64,000 bases of DNA from Cyanobium sp. (GTDB lineage: Bacteria; Cyanobacteriota; Cyanobacteriia; PCC-6307; Cyanobiaceae). The position numbers and the translations under genes were made by a program. The notes under the pieces are model-generated. The model was not told the DNA's origin. It saw only the letters and a program-made list of their open reading frames with translations, and ran no database searches. Below are positions 1 through 8,488 of the stretch, in pieces; positions within the stretch are counted from its first letter, which is position 1; every line of letters begins with the position of its first letter. The DNA is taken from positions 52,592 through 116,591 of the forward strand of contig JBBASH010000001.1 of the NCBI GenBank assembly GCA_040399305.1, given 5' to 3'.

Positions 1-1326
1 CAGGCTCAGCTGCAACGGCAGCGGCTTGTCCTCCCGGAGTTCCAGGGTGGTGAGTGTGAGGCTTTCGCCGAAGCGCAGACCGACATGGAGGGCTTCGAGC
101 CCCTGCGGTTGCCTCAGTTCCAGGGAGCCCCGAAACGCGATCGATGATCCGGAGCCAGGGTCCTCCGGATGACTCAGGACCAGGGCATAGGTACCCGCTC
201 CCCGCAACAGGAAGTCGATGTTGAAGCGCACGCCGTAGGTGCCAACATTGTCGAGGGCGGAATCCGGCATCCGGGCCACCAGGCGGTTCACCTGGATCTC
301 CCCGGTACCGAAGCTCTGGCGCACCGTGCTGGTGAGCGGAACATGCAGGGGGCCCTGGCGCTCCAGGTCATGGCTGAGGCTGGCCTGGTACGTATCACCG
401 AGGGCCACCCCACTGACCCTGGAGAACACAAGGCCCTGCTCGATGGCCTCTCGTTGATTGAGGTAGGTCCTTCCCGGAGCCAGCCGACGCCTATCCAGGA
501 TGGCCAGGATGCTGTCATCCGTGGCTGGGGACGGCGCCGCCACCATGGCGAGATGGAAGGGCCCATCGCTCTCGCCCCGCAGGATGCCGTTCGCTACGCC
601 CAGGGCCGGCAGGTCCGTTCGCAGCAGCACCAGGCGAGATCGGGGTGGCACGGTGAGATCCACCGGTAGGTCGGCATCGAGACGGCCCCGAAGCATCTGC
701 ACGGCCGTGGCATCGCCCGGGCCTGTGTTCCAGGGCCGGGGACCAAGCGGCTTGACGCCCAGCAGCTGTTGACCGCGGTAGGGCGCTGCGAAGCTGTTGC
801 GCACCGCGCCCCGGAGCAGCCGCAGCCGAACCGGCACGCCGCTCGGATTGATCACCACCGCGGCGAGGCTGAGTTCTGGGCGACGACCCAGGCGGTCTGG
901 GCCAGGGTTGGAGGGGCTGTAGAGGTGATGAAAATGCAGACCGAAGGGTCCCTCGAAGCGGTAGGTGGGGTTGGCCATCGCCACGCCCGTTTCGGCGTAA
1001 GCGATCCCCGGGCTGGTATCGATGAGGATTCCGGGTCCGTTCACCGCCTCCGGCTGGTTGGAATGGAGCACGGGAACGGTGTTGAAGCTGCCCTGCAGGG
1101 CACGGGCTGTCTGGCCCGCCAGTAGAGCCACAGTGGGCCCTTGGATCGGGACTGCTGGTGCCTGGGCCAAGCCCGGAGGGCAGCTCACCAAGACCAGGGC
1201 CAGCCCCAGCCCAATTCGGCCGGCCCCGCAGCGAACGTGCCGGCAGGGAGATCGCTCCTCGCCGCAGGTCGACCACGGCGGCAGGGCAGCCTCACCGGAG
1301 GGGATATTCAGGGCTTCCCTGGCCAT
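1..1326 (-). CDS. Conserved secreted hypothetical protein, 3' end cut by the window edge (possibly the cyanobacterial DUF3370-type family)
   Basis: Absent from the ORF track because it has no stop inside the window. My translation of the minus strand from ATG at 1326 gives MAREALNIPSGE...RIGLGLALVLVSCPPGLAQAPAVPIQGPTVALLAGQTARALQGSFNTVPVLHSNQPEAVNGPGILIDTS...GTYGVRFNIDFLLRGAGTYALVLSHPED... The frame is open to position 1, has GC-rich third codon positions and a signal-peptide-like stretch. Listed ORFs 169..669(+) and 515..1276(-) are Arg/Pro/Gly-rich off-frame artefacts. The family name is from memory only. Confidence 0.6.
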   Translation of the reverse strand, partial: MAREALNIPSGEAALPPWSTCGEERSPCRHVRCGAGRIGLGLALVLVSCPPGLAQAPAVPIQGPTVALLAGQTARALQGSFNTVPVLHSNQPEAVNGPGILIDTSPGIAYAETGVAMANPTYRFEGPFGLHFHHLYSPSNPGPDRLGRRPELSLAAVVINPSGVPVRLRLLRGAVRNSFAAPYRGQQLLGVKPLGPRPWNTGPGDATAVQMLRGRLDADLPVDLTVPPRSRLVLLRTDLPALGVANGILRGESDGPFHLAMVAAPSPATDDSILAILDRRRLAPGRTYLNQREAIEQGLVFSRVSGVALGDTYQASLSHDLERQGPLHVPLTSTVRQSFGTGEIQVNRLVARMPDSALDNVGTYGVRFNIDFLLRGAGTYALVLSHPEDPGSGSSIAFRGSLELRQPQGLEALHVGLRFGESLTLTTLELREDKPLPLQLSL

Positions 1327-1439
1327 CGGAACGCCGCCGACCCCACACTGGCCCCTCCATCTTCCCCCTTACGGGGTCCGCTCCGCATCACAGACGTGCC
1401 TCCAGCGTCGCTAGAACAAATCGTCGTTGGTTGACCGTG

Positions 1440-1631
1440 ATGTTTCCTCCCTTTGGGTCCTGTTATCCAGTCGTGGATGGAGCCGAAGCCTGGCGCCAGC
1501 ATCAGAGCAACAAGCTCCGTCTGCTGACCTTTTGGCGGGATGCCTCTGAACGGCGCCTGGCTGCCCTCAACGCCGCGATCAGCACACTCGAGCAGCAGAT
1601 CGCCCGGGATCAACCCGTCCAGGGTTCCTGA
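1440..1631 (+). CDS. Small conserved hypothetical protein (63 aa)
   Basis: In-frame ATG at 1440 inside listed ORF 1158..1631. The product MFPPFGSCYPVVDGAEAWRQHQSNKLRLLTFWRDASERRLAALNAAISTLEQQIARDQPVQGS looks protein-like, whereas the upstream part of the ORF is Arg/Pro-rich junk. GC3-rich codons. Confidence 0.5.
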   Translation: MFPPFGSCYPVVDGAEAWRQHQSNKLRLLTFWRDASERRLAALNAAISTLEQQIARDQPVQGS

Positions 1632-2343
1632 AGTCCGCAAGCTCCAGATGCCCCCGCAGCTGCTCCAGGCCACGATGGAGCAGCCGCTGAACGGTCATTG
1701 GGCTCACCTGCAACCGGCGGGCCATCTGGCGATAGCTCAGCCCGCTCAGCACGACCTGCTTGACCACCTCCCGCTGGCGGGCATCCAGACCCTCTAGGAG
1801 GGCCTGCACCGTTTCAGCTTCCGCTTCGTTCAGCTCGGCTCCCGCCTCAGAATCCGCCTGATCAAGCTCCTCTTCGGCGATCTCCGTCAGGGCCTCGGCC
1901 CGGTTGAGCAGCCGTTGCCGCATCAGCAGGCTCCACTGCTCGGCATCGATGCCGAGAAGCCGTTGCAGGTCGGCAGGAGTTGCCACCCGACCCTCCTGGA
2001 GCAGATGGCGCTCCAGGCGCACCAGTCTTTCCTGCAACTCGGCCTGTCGGCGGGGCAAGCGGACCGAGGGGGCCACATCGCGAAGGTGGTGAAGGATGGC
2101 GCCGCGGATGTGGGGGCGGGCAAAGGCTCCGAAGGGTGTTCCCTGCTGGGCATCGAACCGTTCAGCGGCCCGGATTAGCCCGATCATCCCCACCTGGAGG
2201 AGATCCTCGACGCTCTCCCGGCAGCAACGGCCGTAATGGATGGCGATGGGCCTCACCAGATCCCGATGGGCGACCACAAGACGATTGCGCTGCTCCAGGG
2301 CAAAGCGTCGCCGCAGGCGGCGATTGGTGGCGGTGATGGCCAT
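1579..2343 (-). CDS. RNA polymerase sigma-70 family factor (group 3 / SigF-like)
   Basis: ATG at 2343. Region 2 motif DLLQVGMIGLIRAAERFD...GTPFGAFARPHIRGAI. Region 4 HTH GLSYRQMARRLQVSPMTVQRLLHRG. 254 aa. Confidence 0.9.
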   Translation of the reverse strand: MAITATNRRLRRRFALEQRNRLVVAHRDLVRPIAIHYGRCCRESVEDLLQVGMIGLIRAAERFDAQQGTPFGAFARPHIRGAILHHLRDVAPSVRLPRRQAELQERLVRLERHLLQEGRVATPADLQRLLGIDAEQWSLLMRQRLLNRAEALTEIAEEELDQADSEAGAELNEAEAETVQALLEGLDARQREVVKQVVLSGLSYRQMARRLQVSPMTVQRLLHRGLEQLRGHLELADFRNPGRVDPGRSAARVC

Positions 2344-2568
2344 GCAAATAACGGTTGAAATAGAGAAGAATGAAAATGAGGCGGCTATCGATCAGGAACC
2401 CTGCCCCGTGAAGGGAGGAGGAAGCCTTCCGGACCCGGATCAGGACCGCGGGGACCGATGCAGTCCCTTCCCTTTAGAAGAGATCCAGCCGCCGCGAAGC
2501 ACAACCGTAAAAACACCGATTTAGGGGCCCATTGCGCCCTCAGGCCGGCCGGCCGCTGGCTATCTCAC

Positions 2569-3396
2569 TCAGGCGGGCACCGCCACGGACGCCAGCAGCG
2601 CCCAGGGACCGTGCTGCTCCAGCCAGTCGCGGTCCGAGACCTCCGTGCAGAGCAGATAGCCGGCAAAACCCAGGCCATTCACGCTGAACCCAGCCCCATG
2701 CTCACGCCAGCGCCGCACTGTGAGGAACCAGCGGTCGTCGAACAGCACGTTGTAGGGATGGCGCGGAGCCGCATCGGTCTGACGGCGACCGAGGCCCAAG
2801 GCCTCGCAATGGCTCGCGTAGAGCTCCTCGAGATCCCGGCCACCGATGGGATCAAGGCGGGGGCTGAGCCGGTAGGCCCACGGCCAGGGAGGCGATGCTC
2901 CCTGGAGCTGGGACTCGAGCAGGGGCGCCAGGGGGCAGCTGGGTTCCCCGTCGCTGCGGGGGAGGAGCTGCAGGTGGCGGTGGGGTTGGCTCGCACCGGC
3001 CGTCGCCCCGCTGTTGAAGAACCAGAGGCCCCCCGTGTCGGCTCCGACCGTCGCCACACTGGCCCAATCGGTGGCATCCAGCCAGCCGCTCTGGGGTTGC
3101 CAGCCCCGGGTGATCACCAGCAAATGGCAGGCCTGCACTGGATATTTGTTGAGGAGCAGCACGTGGTGCTCGCCGATGCGGCCCACCTCTAGGGGCTGGT
3201 CCCAGGGAAGGAAGGGATTGGGCTTCGGTCCCTCGGGCCGCAGGTGCCGTGGCGGACGAGACACCAGCTCCCGCAGCAGGAACGGGGCGATCGCCGGCTG
3301 ATCGATCAGACGGGTCTCCAGGGGGACCAGGGCACCGGCGGCAAGGGCCTGGTCCGACACCTCGACGGCCCGCCGCCACCAGCGTTCAGCTCGCAC
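2569..3396 (-). CDS. ATP adenylyltransferase / Ap4A phosphorylase II family (HIT-like)
   Basis: GTG start at 3396. Motifs HHVLLLNKYPVQACHLLVITR and GASQPHRHLQLLP (H-x-H-x-Q type nucleotidyl-transfer motif). Confidence 0.8.
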   Translation of the reverse strand: MRAERWWRRAVEVSDQALAAGALVPLETRLIDQPAIAPFLLRELVSRPPRHLRPEGPKPNPFLPWDQPLEVGRIGEHHVLLLNKYPVQACHLLVITRGWQPQSGWLDATDWASVATVGADTGGLWFFNSGATAGASQPHRHLQLLPRSDGEPSCPLAPLLESQLQGASPPWPWAYRLSPRLDPIGGRDLEELYASHCEALGLGRRQTDAAPRHPYNVLFDDRWFLTVRRWREHGAGFSVNGLGFAGYLLCTEVSDRDWLEQHGPWALLASVAVPA

Positions 3397-4561
3397 CGGC
3401 CTGGAGTCGGGCGAGGGAGGCGCCCTGGTAGTAGCGGCCGAGGATCTCGTTGTAGCGAAGCCCCTGCTTGGCCAGGTCCTGGGCTCCGGTCTGACTCATG
3501 CTGGCGCCGAGATTGCCGTGGGCCTCCTCAACGATCTGCTGGGTGGCCGCATAGAGGCTCTCCACGATCCCTCCCTGGTAGCTGAGGATCAGCCCGTCGG
3601 TGCTGCTCGTGGCATCCCGGGTGGTGGCGGTCACGCTGGAAAGGCCCTCGTAGTTCTGCCAGCGGGTGGTGTCGCCTAGGTGCCACTGATCGTCGGCCGG
3701 ACGGGCCATGTGGGCCAGGGCGTAGGAACGGGCGGCCACGGCCTGGGCCCGCAGGGCTTCCCTGTTCCAACTGGTGGGCATCTCGCCGCCTACCACCGAG
3801 CTCACGTAGTTCTCCAGCGGCAGGTGATTGATCACCCGCAGACCGTTGCTGCTGCGGAGGATGCGGAGACGGCCTTCATAGAGGCGACCGGCACTGCTGA
3901 GATGGTCGTTGGGACCGGTCTCCAGCCAGACTTCGGATTCCTGGGCGAGATAGGGGGCGGGATCGGGCGACTGGGCCGCCGACCCCTGACGCAGCACCCG
4001 GCCTTGACGGTCAAGCAGCCTCCAGGCACCGGAGGCGGCGAAATCGGGATAGGCGGGCAGCTTCAGCAGAGCCACCCGGATCTCCATCTTGAGGCTGGGG
4101 CCGGCGTCGGGTTCGACCAAGCCCCCACCCGCGCTCGGACGAGCAGCGGCGCGCTGAGCCCGCAGGTTGGGAGGGGCCAGGGCCCCATCCACGGGAGCTG
4201 GAGCCACCATCGCGCCTGCTGCCATGGGCTCGCTTGCGGTCGGTGGAGCCAGGGCATCCGCGGTTGGGGCCAGCGACGATCGGGCTTTCGGGCTAGCGAT
4301 CAGGGTGTCCAGCAGTTCGCCCTCGGCGGCGGAGGTGGCTGGCCGCAGCAGGGCGTTGGCCCCGATGCCAGCTCCCACCGCCAGGGCGGCCAGGGGAGCA
4401 CTGATCAGGAAGGGGTGGCGGCGGAGGCTATGGAGCACGGCAAGCGGGTGGCTGTTCGCCACGCGTCCCACAGCACCGACAAGGGAACCCCATCCCGTTC
4501 TCCACCGGTCTCCGGTGCGGGTGCCCAGCCTGCGGAGGCCGTCCGTAAGGTTCCATCCCAT
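3386..4561 (-). CDS. SpoIID/LytB domain protein (cell-wall remodelling)
   Basis: ATG at 4561. N-terminal TM segment FLISAPLAALAVGAGIGANALL. SpoIID core LENYVSSVVGGEMPTSWNREALRAQAVAARSYAL...ILSYQGGIVESLYAA. Confidence 0.85.
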   Translation of the reverse strand: MGWNLTDGLRRLGTRTGDRWRTGWGSLVGAVGRVANSHPLAVLHSLRRHPFLISAPLAALAVGAGIGANALLRPATSAAEGELLDTLIASPKARSSLAPTADALAPPTASEPMAAGAMVAPAPVDGALAPPNLRAQRAAARPSAGGGLVEPDAGPSLKMEIRVALLKLPAYPDFAASGAWRLLDRQGRVLRQGSAAQSPDPAPYLAQESEVWLETGPNDHLSSAGRLYEGRLRILRSSNGLRVINHLPLENYVSSVVGGEMPTSWNREALRAQAVAARSYALAHMARPADDQWHLGDTTRWQNYEGLSSVTATTRDATSSTDGLILSYQGGIVESLYAATQQIVEEAHGNLGASMSQTGAQDLAKQGLRYNEILGRYYQGASLARLQAGAS

Positions 4562-5385
4562 AGCAGATGTCCCGATCCGGTCAGCCGGATCATGGCGGAT
4601 GACACGGCCTCGCAGACCATCCCCCCAGGACGGTCAGAGCATTGCCAGCCCCGCACGAGGGGCCGAGCCAGCTGCTGCTGCCACCAGGGAGCCACCAGGG
4701 CATGGGCTGAACCGGTGACAGGGTCCTCCGGGATTCCCAGGCCGGGTGCGAAGAAGCGGAGCTGATAATCCGCTGGTTCGCCGCCGATTCGCGGCCCATC
4801 AGCCGTGGGATCGAGGCCCTGCATCAGCACCAGGCCCTGTCGCAGCGGCCCCTCCAGGGCCGGGGCGAGACCGTCCATGGAGGCGAGGGGAGCTTCCCGA
4901 GGCAGCAGCACGACCCAATAGCCCAACTCGGAACTCCAACATCCCTCCGGCCCGTATCCGAGCCGATTCAACAGGAGGTCCGAAAGGCCGGCGGCGGCTG
5001 GTTCTGGCTGGAGATCGCCGCTGGGCAGCACGATCGCGCCCCAACCGGGCCGGCTCATCGGTAGCTCCACCTCCAGGGGCCCACTGCGGCTGTGGAGCCA
5101 GGTGCGATCACCAGGCCTGAGTCGGCTCCAGTGGGCCAGGGCCAGCAGCGCCGCCAGGGTGGCGTGGCCACAGAGAGGCACCTCGCAGACGGGCGTGAAC
5201 CAGCGCAGCATCCAGCCCTGTTCGCTCTCGAGCAGGAAGGCTGTTTCCGACTGGCGGAGACTGGCGGCTACCGCCTGCATCCAATCGGCGGGCATCGGGG
5301 CGTTGAGGGCCACCACGGCCGCGCCATTGCCCCCGAAGGGGCCGCCGCTGAAGGCCTCGATCAACACGGCGGGCAGGGCACCCAT
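4405..5385 (-). CDS. PhzF family isomerase-like protein
   Basis: ATG at 5385 (the listed start 5391 is TTG). Motifs FSGGPFGGNGAAVV, ETAFLL, CGHATLAA. A tail of about 50 aa after the usual family end (LTGSGHLLWDGTL) runs 157 nt into the spoIID-like gene. Confidence 0.85.
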   Translation of the reverse strand: MGALPAVLIEAFSGGPFGGNGAAVVALNAPMPADWMQAVAASLRQSETAFLLESEQGWMLRWFTPVCEVPLCGHATLAALLALAHWSRLRPGDRTWLHSRSGPLEVELPMSRPGWGAIVLPSGDLQPEPAAAGLSDLLLNRLGYGPEGCWSSELGYWVVLLPREAPLASMDGLAPALEGPLRQGLVLMQGLDPTADGPRIGGEPADYQLRFFAPGLGIPEDPVTGSAHALVAPWWQQQLARPLVRGWQCSDRPGGMVCEAVSSAMIRLTGSGHLLWDGTLRTASAGWAPAPETGGERDGVPLSVLWDAWRTATRLPCSIASAATPS

Positions 5386-5387
5386 GC

Positions 5388-6302
5388 TCAAGCCTCCGGC
5401 CTCAGATCCCTCTCCATCAAGGCCCGCACCGCCCCCTGGGCATCGATGCCACCGTCGAGCAGCAGCACCACCTGTTCACAGATTGGCAATCGCCAGCCCT
5501 GGCGGCGAGCCAGGGCCACCGTGGCCCGGGCGGTGCGCGGACCCTCCACGGTGGCCCCGATGCGGCTGAGGGCCTCCTGCTCCCTGAGGCCACTGGCCAG
5601 CAAGCCGCCGAAGCGCTGGTTGCGGCTGAGGCTGCTGGTGGCCGTAGCCAGTAGATCGCCGAGACCCGCCAATCCGTAAAGGGTGGCTGGTTGGCCCCCG
5701 AGGGCCTTCAGCACCACCCCGATCTCCGCAAGTCCCCGGCAGAGGAGCGAAGCCCTGGCATTGGCCCCCAGCCCCAGACCATCGCTGATACCGGCCGCCA
5801 GGGCCATCACGTTCTTGAGGGCACCGGCCGCTTCCGTGCCGATCGGATCGCTGTTGGTGTAGAGGCGAAGGTTTGGCGTGCGCAGTGCCCTCTGGAGGCG
5901 GCTGGCCAGGTCTGCATCATGGCTGGCGATCACACTCGCCGCCGGCAGACCCCGCTGCAGCTCATCCGCCAGATTCGGGCCCGAGAGAATGGCTGTCGGC
6001 ACCTGGGGAAGCTGCTGCCCCCAGAGCTGGCTCGCGGTGCAGAGCCCTTCGAGATCGATCCCCTTGCTGCAGGAAAGCAGGGGCAGCCCGGGTGGCCAGA
6101 AACGCGCCAGGGAGGTGGCCAGGGGCCGCACGGCGGCCATCGAGACCGCCACCACCACGAGGTCGGAATCCCTCAGGAGGGGCTCGGGGGTTCCGCCGTC
6201 ACGGCGTGACCAGCTGCGCACCTCCAGGCCCTGGTCCCTCCACAGCTGTTCGAGGGTGCTCCCCCAGGCACCACGGCCGAGCAGCGTGAGACGAGGACCC
6301 AT
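5388..6302 (-). CDS. gpsA: NAD(P)H-dependent glycerol-3-phosphate dehydrogenase
   Basis: N-terminal dinucleotide fold LTLLGRGAWGSTL. Motifs SGPNLADE and KNVMALAAGISDGLGLGANA. 304 aa. Confidence 0.9.
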   Translation of the reverse strand: MGPRLTLLGRGAWGSTLEQLWRDQGLEVRSWSRRDGGTPEPLLRDSDLVVVAVSMAAVRPLATSLARFWPPGLPLLSCSKGIDLEGLCTASQLWGQQLPQVPTAILSGPNLADELQRGLPAASVIASHDADLASRLQRALRTPNLRLYTNSDPIGTEAAGALKNVMALAAGISDGLGLGANARASLLCRGLAEIGVVLKALGGQPATLYGLAGLGDLLATATSSLSRNQRFGGLLASGLREQEALSRIGATVEGPRTARATVALARRQGWRLPICEQVVLLLDGGIDAQGAVRALMERDLRPEA

Positions 6303-6356
6303 GGATTCTCAGGCGGCCGCGTCGGAGAAACACGGCATCGGCATGGCGCTGCCATC

Positions 6357-7169
6357 ATGCGCCATCTCCAGATCCCGACCGTGCTCTCCGATCAGCCGCC
6401 AGGGCCCCTGTCGTCGCAGACGGTGTCAAACCCTGGAATTCTTGTTGAGCCACAAGCCACGGATCTGTTCCAGTGGCAGGGCCATGCGCTGGTGGTGGGG
6501 GCTGGCGGCATCGGCCAGGCCCTGGCCGATGGCCTGGCCCACCGGGCAGCGGGGTTGCAGGTCCATACTGCCGGACCGAACCGGGGAAACTGGCGGCTCG
6601 ATCTGGGCGATGACGCCAGCCTTGAGGCGTTCGCGGCGCTGGCCCTGGAGCGCTTCCGCCCGCTGAGGCTGGTGATCTGCACGGCCGGCCTGCTTCACGC
6701 GGGTTCCCTGCAGCCTGAAAAGCGGCTGCTCCAGGTGAACCGCGAGAACCTGAGGCGCAGCTTTGAGCTCAATGCCTTCGGGCCGCTCCTGTTGGCCAAG
6801 GCCCTCGAGCCTGCCCTTCCCCGGAACCTCCCGCTTCACTTCGCAAGTCTCTCGGCGCGGGTGGGCAGCATCACCGACAACCGGCTCGGCGGTTGGTATG
6901 CCTACCGGGCCGCCAAGGCCGCCCAGAACCAGCTGCTGCGCACCCTGGCCATCGAGTGGCGGCGCAGGCTGCCCCTCGCCTGCGTGACCGCCCTCCATCC
7001 CGGAACCACCGCCACAGGCCTCTCGGAGCCGTTCCGCTCCTCCGTTCCACCCTCGGGGTTGTTCTCCCCTGAACGGGCCGCTAACCAGCTCCTGGAGGTT
7101 CTCAGATCGCGCAACGCAGAGCAGAGCGGCGGCTTCGTGGCCTGGGATGGCCAGCCGATTCCCTGGTGA
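6357..7169 (+). CDS. Short-chain dehydrogenase/reductase (SDR) family protein
   Basis: ATG at 6357. Rossmann motif ALVVGAGGIGQAL and catalytic YRAAKAA (YxxxK). The N-terminus is about 40 aa longer than usual for SDRs, so the start is uncertain. Confidence 0.8.
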   Translation: MRHLQIPTVLSDQPPGPLSSQTVSNPGILVEPQATDLFQWQGHALVVGAGGIGQALADGLAHRAAGLQVHTAGPNRGNWRLDLGDDASLEAFAALALERFRPLRLVICTAGLLHAGSLQPEKRLLQVNRENLRRSFELNAFGPLLLAKALEPALPRNLPLHFASLSARVGSITDNRLGGWYAYRAAKAAQNQLLRTLAIEWRRRLPLACVTALHPGTTATGLSEPFRSSVPPSGLFSPERAANQLLEVLRSRNAEQSGGFVAWDGQPIPW

Positions 7170-7184
7170 GGCGCCGGCGGCGGT

Positions 7185-7598
7185 TCAGACCGCGGCGTGC
7201 TGCTGCAGCACCTCCAGGGGGATCACCTCCAGGGTGCTGATCTCGCTGGACTCCAGCCGCACCGGTGGGGCCATCCCGTCCTCGTAGGCCTCCAGCCAGC
7301 GACGGGCACACACACACCAGGCATCGCCGGGTCGAAGGCCTGGAAAGCCGTAGTCCGGCGCCGGCGTGCTGAGGTCGTTGCCCTGGGCCCGGGTGTAGGC
7401 CAGAAAGGATTCGCTCATCACACAGCAGACCGTGTGGCGGCCCAGGTCGGCGGGATCAGTGCGGCAGGAGCCATCCCGAAACCAGCCGGTGAGGGGCTGG
7501 CAGCTGCAGCTGGCCAAGGGTGTTCCCAGCACGTTCAGGCTCGCTGCAGAGGGGGTTTGAGCGATGGGGGGCGGGGGCTCGACAGGGGACGGGGACAT
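7185..7598 (-). CDS. DUF2237 family protein
   Basis: Internal ATG at 7598 of listed ORF 7185..7754. Core NVLGTPLASCSCQPLTGWFRDGSCRTD...HTVCCVMSESFL...GDAWCVCARRW is typical of DUF2237. Confidence 0.75.
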   Translation of the reverse strand: MSPSPVEPPPPIAQTPSAASLNVLGTPLASCSCQPLTGWFRDGSCRTDPADLGRHTVCCVMSESFLAYTRAQGNDLSTPAPDYGFPGLRPGDAWCVCARRWLEAYEDGMAPPVRLESSEISTLEVIPLEVLQQHAAV

Positions 7599-7737
7599 GC
7601 CTGCTGGGGATGGATCCAGCTTCCGAGTCTGGAGTGGACCAGCACCAAAAGCTGACGGATGGTTGACGGATTCCGGGGGGGAGGCGTTAAACGTCTTGGA
7701 AAGGACCACACCCCCTTCCGCACGACCACGTTTTTTC

Positions 7738-7965
7738 ATGAGCTGGGATTTCACCGAGGACGCGGCCTTTTTGGCCCTCTGCGACGCCTACAAGGAAAGC
7801 GGTGAACCCTCCGCCATGGAGTTCCTCGCCCATGGCGAAGGGGCCTTCCATTTCCAGGAGCTGTCCCAAAACGCGGCTGGAGAAGGGATTGATCTGAGCG
7901 ACTCCGACGACCTTGAGGAGTTCCAGCAGGAGGTGATCGACAGCCTCGAGGAGCTCTGCAGCTGA
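7738..7965 (+). CDS. Small acidic hypothetical protein (75 aa)
   Basis: ATG at 7738 within listed ORF 7564..7965. MSWDFTEDAAFLALCDAYKESGEPSAMEFLAHGEG...DLSDSDDLEEFQQEVIDSLEELCS. Composition is coding-like but no family was recognised. Confidence 0.45.
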   Translation: MSWDFTEDAAFLALCDAYKESGEPSAMEFLAHGEGAFHFQELSQNAAGEGIDLSDSDDLEEFQQEVIDSLEELCS

Positions 7966-8111
7966 TCGGCGGTTGTTCAGCAGCGTCGCAGAGGCCAGCT
8001 AACCCACCGAACTTCCTCACGTCTGTGGTGAGCCTTGGGGAGCGGGCGTGCCTAGGCCCTTCAATCTTCAATGCCAGGGGCACTCGCAGCCCATCGTGGC
8101 GGTCCCATGCA

Positions 8112-8150
8112 GGGGGCCGCTCGCGCTCACCAGCACCAGCCAGCGGCCCC
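8112..8150. terminator. GC-rich hairpin between convergent genes (possible bidirectional terminator)
   Basis: GGGGCCGCT (8113-8121) pairs with AGCGGCCCC (8142-8150). 9-bp stem, 20-nt loop. No U-tract on either strand. Confidence 0.25.
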
Positions 8151-8159
8151 TGCGGAGAC

Positions 8160-8432
8160 TCAGCCGTAGAAGAAGGCCACCTCCTTCTCCTTAAGGCCGT
8201 CCCAGCCGGCCTCCTGGAGCCGCGCATCGAGGGTGGCCTGGTCCAGATGCTTGGAGCCGGTCTTCACGATCCGGTTGCGCATCGATTTCTTCACGCCGCT
8301 GCGGGCCCGCTGGCTCTCCAGCTCCATCACTTCGTTGTAGAGGGCGAGCATCGGGGCGGGAATGGGGGTGCCGTCGAGGTCGAGACCCGCGGCGATGGCG
8401 TCATCGACGCCACTAGGACCGGCAATGGCCAT
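8160..8432 (-). CDS. Conserved hypothetical protein (90 aa)
   Basis: ATG at 8432. MAIAGPSGVDDAIAAGLDLDGTPIPAPMLALYNEVMELESQRARSGVKKSMRNRIVKTGSKHLDQATLDARLQEAGWDGLKEKEVAFFYG. Protein-like composition. Sits directly upstream of metH on the same strand. Confidence 0.5.
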   Translation of the reverse strand: MAIAGPSGVDDAIAAGLDLDGTPIPAPMLALYNEVMELESQRARSGVKKSMRNRIVKTGSKHLDQATLDARLQEAGWDGLKEKEVAFFYG

Positions 8433-8488
8433 GGCTGGGGTGGGATGGGGGACGGGCGTGAGCCTGCCATGGCGGCGGCGCCCTGCTC

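Noticed and set aside
3287-3294. HIP1 palindromes (GCGATCGC), also at 32124, 41085 and 43242
   Set aside because: I found only a handful by eye. At this base composition roughly 2-3 are expected by chance in 64 kb, so enrichment is not demonstrable here.
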